64,000 nt of DNA from contig NIVC01001239.1 in NCBI GenBank assembly GCA_002269645.1, positions 184,764-248,763 on the forward strand. The letters are read 5' to 3'. Source of the DNA: Macrostomum lignano (Eukaryota). The translations under genes and the position numbers were made by a program. Positions 23,669-40,269 of this stretch are shown piece by piece (positions within the stretch are counted from its first letter, which is position 1; each line of letters opens with the position of its first letter). The notes beneath the pieces were generated by a model. The model had not been told where the DNA came from. It saw only the letters and a program-made list of their open reading frames with translations, and searched no databases.

Positions 23669-25700
23669 ATGATGACTGCGACTGTGTCTGCCCTGTCTGC
23701 AACTGTGTCTGCCCTGTCTGCGACTGTGTCTGCCCTGTCTGCAACTGTGTCTGCCCTGTCTGCGACTGTGTCTGCCCTGTCTGCGACTGTGTCTGCCCTG
23801 TCTGCAACTGTGTCTGCCCTGTCTGCGACTGTGTCTGCCCTGTCTGCAACTGTGTCTGCCCTGTCTGCGACTGTGTCTGCCCTGTCTGCGACTGTGTCTG
23901 CCCTGTCTGCGACTGTGTCTGCCCTGTCTGCGACTGTGTCTGCCCTGTCTGCAACTGTGTCTGCCCTGTCTGCGACTGTGTCTGCCCTGTCTGCGACTGT
24001 GTCTGCCCTGTCTGCGACTGTGTCTGCCCTGTCTGCGACTGTGTCTGCCCTGTCTGCGACTGTGTCTGCCCTGTCTGCGACTGTGTCTGCCCTGTCTGCG
24101 ACTGTGTCTGCCCTGTCTGCGACTGTGTCTGCCCTGTCTGCGACTGTGTCTGCCCTGTCTGCAACTGTGTCTGCCTGGTCTGCGACTGTGTCTGCCCTGT
24201 CTGCGACTGTGTCTGCCCTGTCTGCGACTGTGTCTGCCCTGTCTGCGACTGTGTCTGCCCTATCTGCGACTGTGTCTGCCCTGTCTGCGACTGTGTCTGC
24301 CCTGTCTGCGACTGTGTCTGCCCTGTCTGCGACTGTGTCTGCCCTGTCTGCAACTGTGTCTGCCCTGTCTGCGACTGTGTCTGCCCTGTCTGCGACTGTG
24401 TCTGCCCTGTCTGCGACTGTGTCTGCCCTGTCTGCGACTGTGTCTGCCCTGTCTGCGACTGTGTCTGCCCTGTCTGCGACTGTGTCTGCCCTGTCTGCGA
24501 CTGTGTCTGCCCTGTCTGCAACTGTGTCTGCCCTGTCTGCGACTGTGTCTGCCCTGTCTGCGACTGTGTCTGCCCTGTCTGCGACTGTGTCTGCCCTGTC
24601 TGCGACTGTGTCTGTCCTGTCTGCAACTGTGTCTGCCCTGTCTGCGACTGTGTCTGTCCTGTCTGCAACTGTGTCTGCGTCTGCCCTGTCTGCGACTGTG
24701 TCTGCCCTGTCTGCGACTGTGTCTGCCCTGTCTGCAACTGTGTCTGCCCTGTCTGCAACTGTGTCTGCCCTGTCTGCAACTGTGTCTGCCCTGTCTGCAT
24801 CTGTGTCTGCCTGGTCTGCGACTGTGTCTGCCCTGTCTGCGACTGTGTCTGCCCTGTCTGCGACTGTGTCTGCCCTGTCTGCGACTGTGTCTGCCCTGTC
24901 TGCAACTGTGTCTGCCCTGTCTGCAACTGTGTCTGCCTGGTCTGCGACTGTGTCTGCCCTGTCTGCGACTGTGTCTGCCCTGTCTGCGACTGTGTCTGCC
25001 CTGTCTGCAACTGTGTCTGCCCTGTCTGCGACTGTGTCTGCCCTGTCTGCGACTGTGTCTGTCCTGTCTGCAACTGTGTCTGCCCTGTCTGCGACTGTGT
25101 CTGTCCTGTCTGCAACTGTGTCTGCGTCTGCCCTGTCTGCGACTGTGTCTGCCCTGTCTGCGACTGTGTCTGCCCTGTCTGCAACTGTGTCTGCCCTGTC
25201 TGCAACTGTGTCTGCCCTGTCTGCAACTGTGTCTGCCCTGTCTGCAACTGTGTCTGCCTGGTCTGCGACTGTGTCTGCCCTGTCTGCGACTGTGTCTGCC
25301 CTGTCTGCGACTGTGTCTGCCCTGTCTGCGACTGTGTCTGCCCTGTCTGCGACTGTGTCTGCCCTGTCTGCGACTGTGTCTGCCCTGTCTGCGACTGTGT
25401 CTGCCCTGTCTGCGACTGTGTCTGCCCTGTCTGCAACTGTGTCTGCCCTGTCTGCAACTGTGTCTGCCTGGTCTGCGACTGTGTCTGCCCTGTCTGCGAC
25501 TGTGTCTGCCCTGTCTGCGACTGTGTCTGCCCTGTCTGCAACTGTGTCTGCCCTGTCTGCAACTGTGTCTGCCCTGTCTGCGACTGTGTCTGCCCTGTCT
25601 GCGACTGTGTCTGCCCTGTCTGCAACTGTGTCTGCCCTGTCTGCAACTGTGTCTGCCCTGTCTGCGACTGTGTCTGCCCTGCCTGCTTCAGTGGCTGCCC
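23669..25700. repeat. 21-bp minisatellite (GCGACTGTGTCTGCCCTGTCT)n, about 95 units
   Basis: Highly homogeneous. Generates the 659-aa and 688-aa ORFs on opposite strands. Confidence 0.97.
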
Positions 25701-25967
25701 TGTCTGTCTCAGTCTTGACCTTACTACTTGACTAAGTAATAAAAATACAGAATGGAAAAAAATTAAGTCATTTAATAAAGTCTTGTATACATGAATGGAA
25801 GCCGCTTATAAGGCAAAATTTTGTTTATTGAAAATTCAATTTTCAAAGAGTATAAAAAGTTTCAAATATTAGGAAATCCATTTTTTGTACAGGCTAGAGC
25901 GTTGTACATTAAAAATTATTTATTTAAACGCTAAAAGCAAAAAATTGAATTAAAGGAACCGGTAGCC

Positions 25968-27680
25968 TCAGAGTCTCGCTAGGTGCCTCAGTGGACCTTT
26001 GTATTCAACACCTGAAATGGAAACAACAGATGAAATACCTGCAATAGTTGCATTGTTTATATCTCAGATCCTGGGTCTCAGGGAAATCCCAGACCCTGGG
26101 AGCTCAGGGAAATCTCAGATCCTGGGAGTCTCAGGGAAATCGCAGACACTGGGAGCTCAGGGAAATCTCAGACACTGGGAGTCTCAGGGAAATCCCAGAC
26201 CCTGGGAGCTCAGGGAAATCGCAGACACTGGGAGTCTCAGGGAAATCTCAGACGCTGGGAGTCTCAGGGAAATCTCAGACACTGGGAGCTCAGGGAAATC
26301 TCAGACTGGGAGTTTCAGACACTGGGACTCTCATACACTGGGACTCTTAGACACTGGGACTCTCAGACACTGGGACTCTCAGGCACTGGGACTCTCAGAC
26401 ACTGGGACTCTTAGACACTGGGACTCTCAGACACTGGGACTCTGAAGGGATTTTAAAAGTGAAAATTTTAGGGAAATCATCCCAGAAAGTGGCCTTTCAG
26501 AAGTTTTTAAGAAAAAAGGACTCTCCTAATGAGATAAACTAAAAAAGGTTTCTGAAAGGAAGAATGTGAGATGAGTTTAGGAAAAATATTTTGAGTCGAA
26601 ATTTGTAGGAGAGAAATTGCTGCTAGAATTGCACACAAACTCACCCAGAAGGTCCCCGATGATGTGAAACCGGTCAGACCCGAACACCATCTCCTGTCGT
26701 CCGTCCTCTGTGTGCACAATGAAGGTTGGCGATCCGAAAGCTCCCAGCTTCACTGCCTCATCTGTCACGGATTTAAGCCGGCTCTTCACTTCGTCGCTCA
26801 ACATGTCGGTCAGGGCGGCGGCGGTCACGTCGGCTGACAAACCCGCGGCCTCTGCTGCCGCCCTCAGACTGTTGGGCTGAGCGACGTCCTGGTGGCTGCT
26901 GAACAGACGGTAGAACAGCTGACGGCTCACCTGGGGACAGTTCGATAGGTATTAGCAGAATAATTTGACCGTTTCTAACACGTCCTAGTAAGGGTCTTTA
27001 CAATGGAGCATTATCACGTAACAGTTCATCAGCCGGCTGACTAAGCTCTCTCAGCCAATAGCGGCTGACTATGCTCTCTCAGCCAATAGCGGCTGACTAT
27101 GCTCTCTCAGCCAATAGCGGCTGACTATGCTCTCAGCCAATAGCGGTTGACTATGCTCTCTCAGCCAATAGCGGCTGACTAAGCTCTCTCAGCTAATAGC
27201 AGCTGACTAAGCTCTCAGCCAAGCGACTAACTAAAAGTTTTATTGTTTAGTCTATAGTCTATGGTTTAATCTCACGCCGCTGCTTACTTAGAGAGTTACT
27301 AAATACTATAGGATACAGGATTTCAACCAAGTACTAACCTCCTCAACAGCATCAGGTTGTCGCTTCTGCATAGCGGTTAGAAACTGCATAGTTGACCTAG
27401 TACCAATTTTGAACATTCTCTCCACAACTTTATCGTTCATGACCAGCGGTACTCTGTAGTGCTTAGCCAATCTGGGCAGGTCGCGCCCAAGCATATAGTC
27501 AGCTTTCAGCTGCACACTGCCCGGCGGTCTGTTGCCAGCGCTTTGCATTACACCACGAAGTAAAAATGGTCGAAAGTTAATAACTAAATTCCATACTGAA
27601 CGATGCCGGCAGAGAACCTCGAAGCCCAGATAGGAGTAAGGCGACAGGATGTCATAGTAAAAGTCAATGCGGCGAGACAT
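25968..27680 (-). CDS. GSTK1: Glutathione S-transferase kappa, paralog A; exons 27680-27339, 26930-26645, 26011-25968 (223 aa)
   Basis: IDFYYDILSPYSYLGFE active-site motif, GAFGSPTF, VFGSDRF and C-terminal LLGVEYKGP. GT-AG junctions are in frame. Confidence 0.93.
26065..26445. repeat. ~26-27-bp (CTCAGGGAAATCTCAGACACTGGGAGT) grading into shorter repeats, in GSTK-A intron 2
   Basis: Directly visible. Confidence 0.9.
27035..27225. repeat. 28-bp repeat (CTCTCAGCCAATAGCGGCTGACTATGCT)n in GSTK-A intron 1
   Basis: About 6-7 units. Confidence 0.9.
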
Positions 27681-27744
27681 TGCGCTTATGGCTGAATTAG
27701 GTGGATGTTATTGGTGGCGATGCGCAGTCAGCATTAGTGATGAT

Positions 27745-30055
27745 TTGCAACCCTCTATCTTGATTCTATAGTGAGCGTGCAACCCTCTATCTTGATTCTA
27801 TAGTGAGCGTGCAACCCTCTCTGCTGATTCTAAGTGGGCGTGCAACCCTCTCTGCTGATTCTTTAGTGGGCGTGCAACCCTCTTTGCTGATTCTTTAGTG
27901 GGCGTGCAACCCTTTATCCTGATTCTTTAGTGGGCGTGTAACCCTCTTTCCCGATTCTTTAGTGGGCGTGCAACCCTCTTTCCCGATTCTTTAGTGGGCG
28001 TGCAACCCGCTTTCCTGATTTTTAGTGGGCCTGCAACCCGCTTTCCTGATTCTTTAGTGGGCGTGCAACCCGTTATCCTGATTTTTAGTGGGCCTGCAAC
28101 CCGCTTTCCTGATTCTTTAGTGGGCGTGCAACCCTCTTTCCTGATTCTTAAGTGGGCGTGCAACCCTCTTTCCTGATTCTTTAGTGGGCATGCAACCCGC
28201 TTTCCTGATTCTTTAGTGGGCATGCAACCCTCTTTCCTGATTCTTTAGTGGGCATGCAACCCGCTTTCCTGATTCTTTAGTGGGCATGCAACCCGCTTTC
28301 CTGATTTTTAGTGGGCGTGCAACCCTCTTTCCCGATTCTTTAGTGGGCATGCAACCCGCTTTCCTGATTCTTTAGTGGGCGTGCAACCCTCTTTCCCGAT
28401 TCTTTAGTGGGCATGCAACCCGCTTTCCTGATTCTTTAGTGGGCGTGCAACCCTCTTTCCCGATTCTTTAGTGGGCGTGCAACCCGCTTTCCTGATTCTT
28501 TAGTGGGCGTGCAACCCTCTTTCCTGATTCTTTAGTGGGCGTGCAACCCTCTTTTCCGATTCTTAAGTGGGCGTGCAACCCTCTTTTCCGATTCTTAAGT
28601 GGGCGTGCAACCCTCTATCCCGATTCTTTAGTCGGCGTGCAACCCGCTTTCCTGATTCTTTAGTGGGCGTGCAACCCTCTTTTCCGATTCTTAAGTGGGC
28701 GTGCAACCCTCTTTTCCGATTCTTAAGTGGGCGTGCAACCCTCTATCCCGATTCTTTAGTCGGCGTGCAACCCTCTTTCCCGATTCTTTAGTGGGCATGC
28801 AACCCGCTTTCCTGATTCTTTAGTGGGCGTGCAACCCTCTTTCCCGATTTTTTAGTGGGCATGCAACCCGCTTTCCTGATTCTTTAGTGGGCGTGCAACC
28901 CTCTTTCCTGATTCTTTAGTGGGCGTGCAACCCTCTTTTCCGATTCTTAAGTGGGCGTGCAACCCTCTTTTCCGATTCTTAAGTGGGCGTGCAACCCTCT
29001 ATCCCGATTCTTTAGTCGGCGTGCAACCCGCTTTCCTGATTCTTTAGTGGGCGTGCAACCCTCTTTTCCGATTCTTAAGTGGGCGTGCAACCCTCTTTTC
29101 CGATTCTTAAGTGGGCGTGCAACCCTCTATCCCGATTCTTTAGTCGGCGTGCAACCCGCTTTCCTGATTCTTTAGTGGGCGTGCAACCCTCTTTTCCGAT
29201 TCTTAAGTGGGCGTGCAACCCTCTATCCCGATTCTTTAGTCGGCGTGCAACCCTCTTTCCCGATTCTTTAGTGGGCATGCAACCCGCTTTCCTGATTCTT
29301 TAGTGGGCATGCAACCCGCTTTCCTGATTCTTTAGTGGGCATGCAACCCGCTTTCCTGATTTTTAGTGGGCGTGCAACCCTCTTTCCCGATTCTTTAGTC
29401 GGCGTGCAACCCTCTTTCCCGATTCTTTAGTGGGCGTGCAACCCTCTTTCCTGATTCTTTAGTGGGCATGCAACCCGCTTTCCTGATTCTTTAGTGGGCG
29501 TGCAACCCTTTTTCCTGATTCTTTAGTGGGCGTGCAACCCTCTTTTCCGATTCTTAAGTGGGCGTGCAACCCTCTTTTCCGATTCTTAAGTGGGCGTGCA
29601 ACCCTCTATCCGATTCGATTCTTTAGTCGGCGTGCAACCCGCTTTCCTGATTCTTTAGTGGGCGTGCAACCCTCTTTTCCGATTCTTAAGTGGGCGTGCA
29701 ACCCTCTATCCCGATTCTTTAGTCGGCGTGCAACCCTCTTTCCCGATTCTTTAGTGGGCGTGCAACCCTCTTTTCCGATTCTTTAGTCGGCGTGCAACCC
29801 TCTTTCCCGATTCTTTAGTGGGCATGCAACCCGCTTTCCTGATTCTTTAGTGGGCGTGCAACCCGCTTTCCTGATTCTTTAGTGGGCATGCAACCCGCTT
29901 TCCTGATTCTTTAGTGGGCATGCAACCCGCTTTCCTGATTCTTTAGTGGGCGTGCAACCCTCTTTCCTGATTCTTTAGTGGGCGTGCAACCCTCTTTTCC
30001 GATTCTTAAGTGGGCGTGCAACCCTCTATCCCGATTCTTTAGTCGGCGTGCAACC
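27745..30055. repeat. 32-bp minisatellite (GTGGGCGTGCAACCCTCTTTCCTGATTCTTTA)n between the GSTK paralogs, about 70 units
   Basis: Starts about 65 bp upstream of the GSTK-A ATG. Multi-unit variant blocks recur (28567, 28951, 29079), indicating higher-order structure. Confidence 0.97.
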
Positions 30056-30477
30056 ATGTTCTTATTCTTAACCTGATTCCTAAATTAATTAATACACGCT
30101 GAATCCTACCAACAGTCTTAGTAGTATGCTAAACAAATTATCAAAAGTAAAAAGAATCATTAATGAATCGTGAATCAATCACGAAGACAAAAAAGAAATA
30201 TGCCATGCTCAGTATACTTTAGGTTTATTAAAATAATTTATAAAAACTACATAAACTCTAGCTAAAGGAAGTCAACATGTATAGTAATAGTTAAAAGTAC
30301 ATAATTCTGTCGGCTGGCCGGTTTCCAGTAACAAATTCGGTGATAAATCATTTAATAAAACTGCAACGCAATCAAGCAATGTTTAATTGGTGGTTTTAAA
30401 TCAGAGGCAAATTGAACAATAAGTTCATTTGAAAACAGCAATAATTTGTATATTGTATATAAAATATAAAGTTAGGT

Positions 30478-32751
30478 TTACAGTTTGGCCAATTGCTTTA
30501 GTGGACCTTTGTATTCCACACCTGAAATTAAGATACAAAACCTGTTGAATTGCCACCTATTTTGCCATTTATGATAAAAGACAACGGCTAAAAGGACACT
30601 CATTTTGAGATGTAACTACAATTGTTTAGAGCAACCTCAATCGGTTCTGGATGAGAAATATGGACAGAAAACTTTCGTACGGAGAAGGAATCTCAAGAAG
30701 TTTCGACAGAAAATCTGAGGGGGGGGGTAATCCCAAAAAATATCGGCAGAGAATCTGAGGGAGAATTTCATAAAGTATCGGCAGAGAATCTGAGGAGGGA
30801 ATCTTAATAATCTGAGGGGGGAATCTCAAGAAATCTCGGCAAAGAATCTGAGGGGGGAATCTCAAGAAATCTCGGCAAAGAATCTGAGGGGGGAATCTCA
30901 AGAAATCTTGGCAGAGAATCTGAGGGGGGAATCTCAAGAAATCTCGGCAAAGAATCTGAGGAGGGAATCTTAATAATCTGAGGGGGGAATCTCAAGAAAT
31001 CTCGGCAAAGAATCTGAGGAGGGAATCTTAATAATCTGAGGGGGGAATCTCAAGAAATCTCGGCAAAGAATCTGAGGGAGAATCTCAAGAAATCTCGGCA
31101 AAGAATCTGAGGGGGGAATCTCAAGAAATCTCGGCAGAGAATCTAAGGGGGGAATCTCAAGAAATCTCGGCAAAGAATCTGAGGAGGGAATCTTAATAAT
31201 CTGAGGGGGGAATCTCAAGAAATCTCGGCAAAGAATCTGAGGGGGAATCTCAAGAAATCTCGGCAAAGAATCTGAGGGGGGAATCTCAAGAAATCTCGGC
31301 AGAGAATCTGAGGGGGGAGTCTCAAGAAATCTCGGCAGAGAATTTAAAGGGGAATCTCAAGAAATCTCGGCAGAGAATCTGAGGGAAATTTTAAGAAATC
31401 TTTGATCAAAAGTTCGGTGAACCTTGAGAAATTTTGGAAGGAAATCTAAAAAAGGTTATTTTAAGACATCTCATGGGACAATGTAGGAGAGGAAATCTAC
31501 AAAAGTAAAACAAAAATGAGATGTTTCACACACAAACTCACCCAGAAGGTCCCCGATGATGTGAAACCGGTCAGACCCGAACACCATCTCCTGCCTTCCG
31601 TCCTCTGTGTGCACAATGAAGGTTGGCGATCCGAAAGCTCCCAGCTTCACTGCCTCATCTGTCACGGATTTAAGCCGGCTCTTCACTTCGTCGCTCAACA
31701 TGTCGGTCAGGGCGGCGGCGGTCACGTCGGCTGACAAACCCGCGGCCTCTGCTGCCGCCCTCAGACTGTCGGGCTGAGCGACGTCCTGGTGGCTGCTGAA
31801 CAGACGGTAGAACAGCTGACGGCTCACCTGGTGACAGTTCGAAAATAAGCATTAGTCATCCCCTGCTCGGTACTCGAAGAGAAAGTCTACTATCTAGATA
31901 ACGCCGCTCTCCCTCAAAGCAGCCCCACAGAACCCTGCAGTAGATGGCGCCACTCTCCCTCAAAGCAGCCCCACAGAACCCTGCAGTAGATGGCGCCACT
32001 CTCCCTCAAAGCAGCCCCACAGAACCCTGCAGTAGATGGCGCCACTCTCCCTCAAAGCAGCCCCACAGAACCCTGCAGTAGATGGCGCCACTCTCCCTCA
32101 AAGCAGCCCCACAGAACCCTGCAGTAGATGGCGCCACTCTCCCTCAAAGCAGCCCCACAGAACCCTGCAGTAGATGGCGCCACTCTCCCTCAAAGCAGCC
32201 CCACAGAACCCTGCAGTAGATGGCGCCACTCTCCCTCAAAGCAGCCCCACAGAACCCTGCAGTAGCTGGCGCCACTCTCCCTCAAATCAGACCCACAAAA
32301 CCCTGCAGTAGATGGCGCCACTCTCCCTCAAATCAGACCCACAAAACCCTGCAGTAGATGGCGCCACTCTCCCTCAAAGCAGACAGTAGCTGTCAGAACA
32401 ATTACTTACCGGTTCAACAGCGTCAGGCTGTTTCTGCTGCAGAGCAGTCAAGAATCGCATGGTTGACAAAGTTCCAGTATTGAACATAATCTCTACAACT
32501 CTGTCATTCATAACCAATGGCACGCTGTAGTGTTTAGCCAATCTAGGCAAGTCGCATTGCATCATGTGCTCGCCTTTCAGTGGCACTGTAGCCGGGGGCC
32601 TATTATTGGCTCCTTTCATTATGCCGCCAAGAAAAAATGGACGAAAATGAATGGCTAAATTCCATACTGAACGATGTCGACAGAGCACCTCGAAGCCCAG
32701 ATAGGTGTATGGCGACACAATGTCATAGTAAAAGTCTATTCGGCGAGACAT
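30478..32751 (-). CDS. GSTK1: Glutathione S-transferase kappa, paralog B; exons 32751-32410, 31827-31542, 30521-30478 (223 aa)
   Basis: Same exon sizes (342/286/44) as paralog A. YDIVSPYTYLGFE motif and C-terminus GVEYKGPLKQLAKL. Confidence 0.93.
30700..31390. repeat. 36-bp minisatellite (GAATCTGAGGGGGGAATCTCAAGAAATCTCGGCAAA)n in GSTK-B intron 2
   Basis: Directly visible. Confidence 0.93.
31906..32380. repeat. 46-bp minisatellite (CTCTCCCTCAAAGCAGCCCCACAGAACCCTGCAGTAGATGGCGCCA)n in GSTK-B intron 1
   Basis: About 10 units. Confidence 0.95.
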
Positions 32752-33875
32752 TTTACTTGGCTGAATAAGTAAAGTGTTTGATTTACATTATAAAAATGGT
32801 AATCACAGCAATGCAGCAATGGATCATATTGCAACAACTCTACTTAAATCTGCAAACTAAAATATTTAGCACTCATAGAAGTTTGTTAGAGACTGCTTTT
32901 GGGTGATTGCTAGAGTTCTGCTATTACCAAAACGTTTTATATCCATATCTAAATAAAAAACATACTGTTGAATGATGCCAAACACAACAATAATATAGTA
33001 TTGAAAAAGTGACGTCAATAGCTTAACCTGTCTCAGTGATTTATTGTACAAGAATGGCTATAATCTGCATTTATCTTAACTTTAGACCACAGAAACCCTA
33101 ACCACACAATGCCACGCCATACATGCATTTAGAAATCCCTATTGCTCGAGTCAATGACCCTAGGGACACACAAAGCTTCCCTAGGCCCTTTGCATTAGAA
33201 GTGAAAATAATTATCTTAATTTTAGCCCAACCTTGCACAATGCACAACCTTGAAAGTTCAGTTGGCCATGCAACTTAGTTTTAACACAAAAAATGTGACA
33301 TAGTTTTTGGCCAAAAATGCAATATACATATAACAGAAACCCTAAAGCAAAATTAACGCAACTTTGGGTAAATAGCAAGAGTAACCATACATGCGCAACT
33401 TCTGAAATTACGCTGGCCGTGCGACTTAGTTTTCGATAAAAAATGCGACTTACCTATGAAAGAGGGGGGCAAACGGCAACTTAAACCGAGGGACTCTGTG
33501 ACATCCGCCAGCTTTTCGTTTTTCGAGGAGGCTCTTCCCCCTCCTTTTCGTTCTGGCCTGGCGTGGAAGCGGCTAGCTTCCTCGTCTTGGTCTGCTGGTG
33601 GGGGACGGATCCCCCCTGCTGCTTTTTTGCGGGGCAGGTGGCTGCTAAGTAGTTGGCTGCTGGCTAAGCGCCAACTACCCATCGACAGCCCTTAGTTGCA
33701 ACTGGTACCACACGGGTTCTCGAGGGCCGCTCTTGTGGGGGAGGGCTCGGGCGTCGGCTGTCAACTCGACCTGGCGCCTGTGTCCCAAGCCCGCAGCCGG
33801 CCTCCCGCCCCCTGATCTTGCAGAGTGTGGACCGGGGGCCTGCCGGAGCCTCGCCTGGGAGCAATCCTGGGATAA

Positions 33876-38753
<4,878 letters not shown>

Positions 38754-39359
38754 TCCTTGTGCTCTTTTACCTTGGGGTTGCGATAGGGGCCTCGCGGCCT
38801 ATTCGCGGCGCCTGCGCCCCCCGTCAGTAGTAAGTAAGTAAGTACCTATGAAAGAGCCAAGCAAAAACTTTAGGTAAACGGCAGGAGTAACTATGACCAT
38901 ACATTAAAGCTAATTGCCTCGCCAGCTAATTAGTGCTGCGTGCAGATTTCGCGTTTTTATAACAGCTAATCAGTATGTCATCTAGTGGCGGCATGAAGCA
39001 ATTAGTAAATTGTCAGTACAGTGTAGTGAGCATACTACAAAAGTCATGATTCATGAATGTCCAGAAGTAAGTGAAGTGAATACAGTGTGACCTATAGCTC
39101 AAGAACGATTTGCTAGACGATTTGGCATGGAAGATGAGAGCCCTGATTCAGATGGCTCATCAGATGCAGAATACGAATCCAGTAGAGATACAAGCTGTGA
39201 AAACCCACAGATTTTTAAACCACTGAATTCTAATTCCCGGAACTATTTTTGCATAGATTCTAAATTTGAAGTCATGCTCAAACAAAAACTTGTTAACAGT
39301 TAGGAAAAAGGCAAAGATGGGAGTAATGCATGTTAAACTAAGATTTGAGGCCTTTGCAA

Positions 39360-40109
39360 ATTCTCTCCATTCCTCAATCTTCTCATCCTCTTTTTCTTTT
39401 TTCTCTCATCCCTTATCCCTTCTCTCTTTCCTCTCCTCTCCTATCTCTTCTGTCTCCTCTCTACATTCTTATCTCTCCTCTCGTCTCTCTCCATTCCACT
39501 CTACTCTCTCATCTTATCTTCCCTCTCGTCTCTCTCCACTCTACTCTCTCATCTTATCTCTCCTCTCTTTTCTACTCTCTCATCTCTCCTCTCTTCACTC
39601 TCCTCTCATCTCCTCTTTATCCTCTCTTCTCTCATCTACTCTCTCCTCTTTCCTCTTTCCTCTCTTCTGATCTCATCCATCATCTTTTCTTTCCTCTTTC
39701 CTCTCATCTCCTCTTCTCTCTCATCTCTTTTTCCTCCCTCAGCTTTTCTCTCCTCTTCTATCTTTTCTCCCATCGCATCGCTCGCCTCTCCTCTGTTTGC
39801 TTATCTCTAATCTTCTATTCCCTCTACTTTGAAGTAAGAAAATATGCACATATTTTTTCTGAAGATAAGAGGAGAGAAGAGGGCATTGAGGAGAAAGGGT
39901 AGAGAGAAAGGGGAGAAGAGAGGAGAGTAAAAATGAGACGAGAGAGAAGAGGGAAAAGGGGGAGAGAGAGAAGAGGGGAGGCAAGGTAGAGAAGAAGAGA
40001 GAGATGAGAGTTGAAGAGACACCAACCTTGCTGGTTAGGAAGTTTCAAAGAACCCGAGGGGCGAGGGCCAGATAGAGGGGCTTCGCGAGCCGGAGTTTGC
40101 CAACCCCTG
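39360..40109 (-). mobile_element. CT tract and GA tract ending in a hAT/Charlie-like terminus (second copy of the 10136 family)
   Basis: Minus strand from 40109 reads CAGGGGTTGGCAAACTCCGGCTC...AAGCCCCTCTATCTGGCCCTC...GGGTTCTTTGAAAC, homologous to 10136-10225, and is followed by a pyrimidine tract. Confidence 0.55.
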
Positions 40110-40269
40110 CTCCAGAGTTTAAGAAATCAATGGGAAACTGTTGACGCGGGCTTCTGATTTCAAAGATCTTGTCTGTGGTTGAAGGCTTCTATTCTGTTTT
40201 TGCTCTCTTGCCACACTTGCACCTACTACCCCCTGATTGCCTCTGATTGTGACTTACTTCCCTCTTATT

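Noticed and set aside
23667-25735. 659-aa and 688-aa ORFs (QTGQTQS / SATVSAL repeats) as proteins
   Set aside because: Open frames on both strands result from a stop-free 21-bp unit. There is no unique coding flank.
31906-32380. CRISPR array
   Set aside because: The units are contiguous and identical with no spacers.
39060-39300. Acidic open frame (MEDESPDSDGSSDAEYESS) as a transposase N-terminus
   Set aside because: It is short, has no catalytic motifs, and has no supporting continuation.
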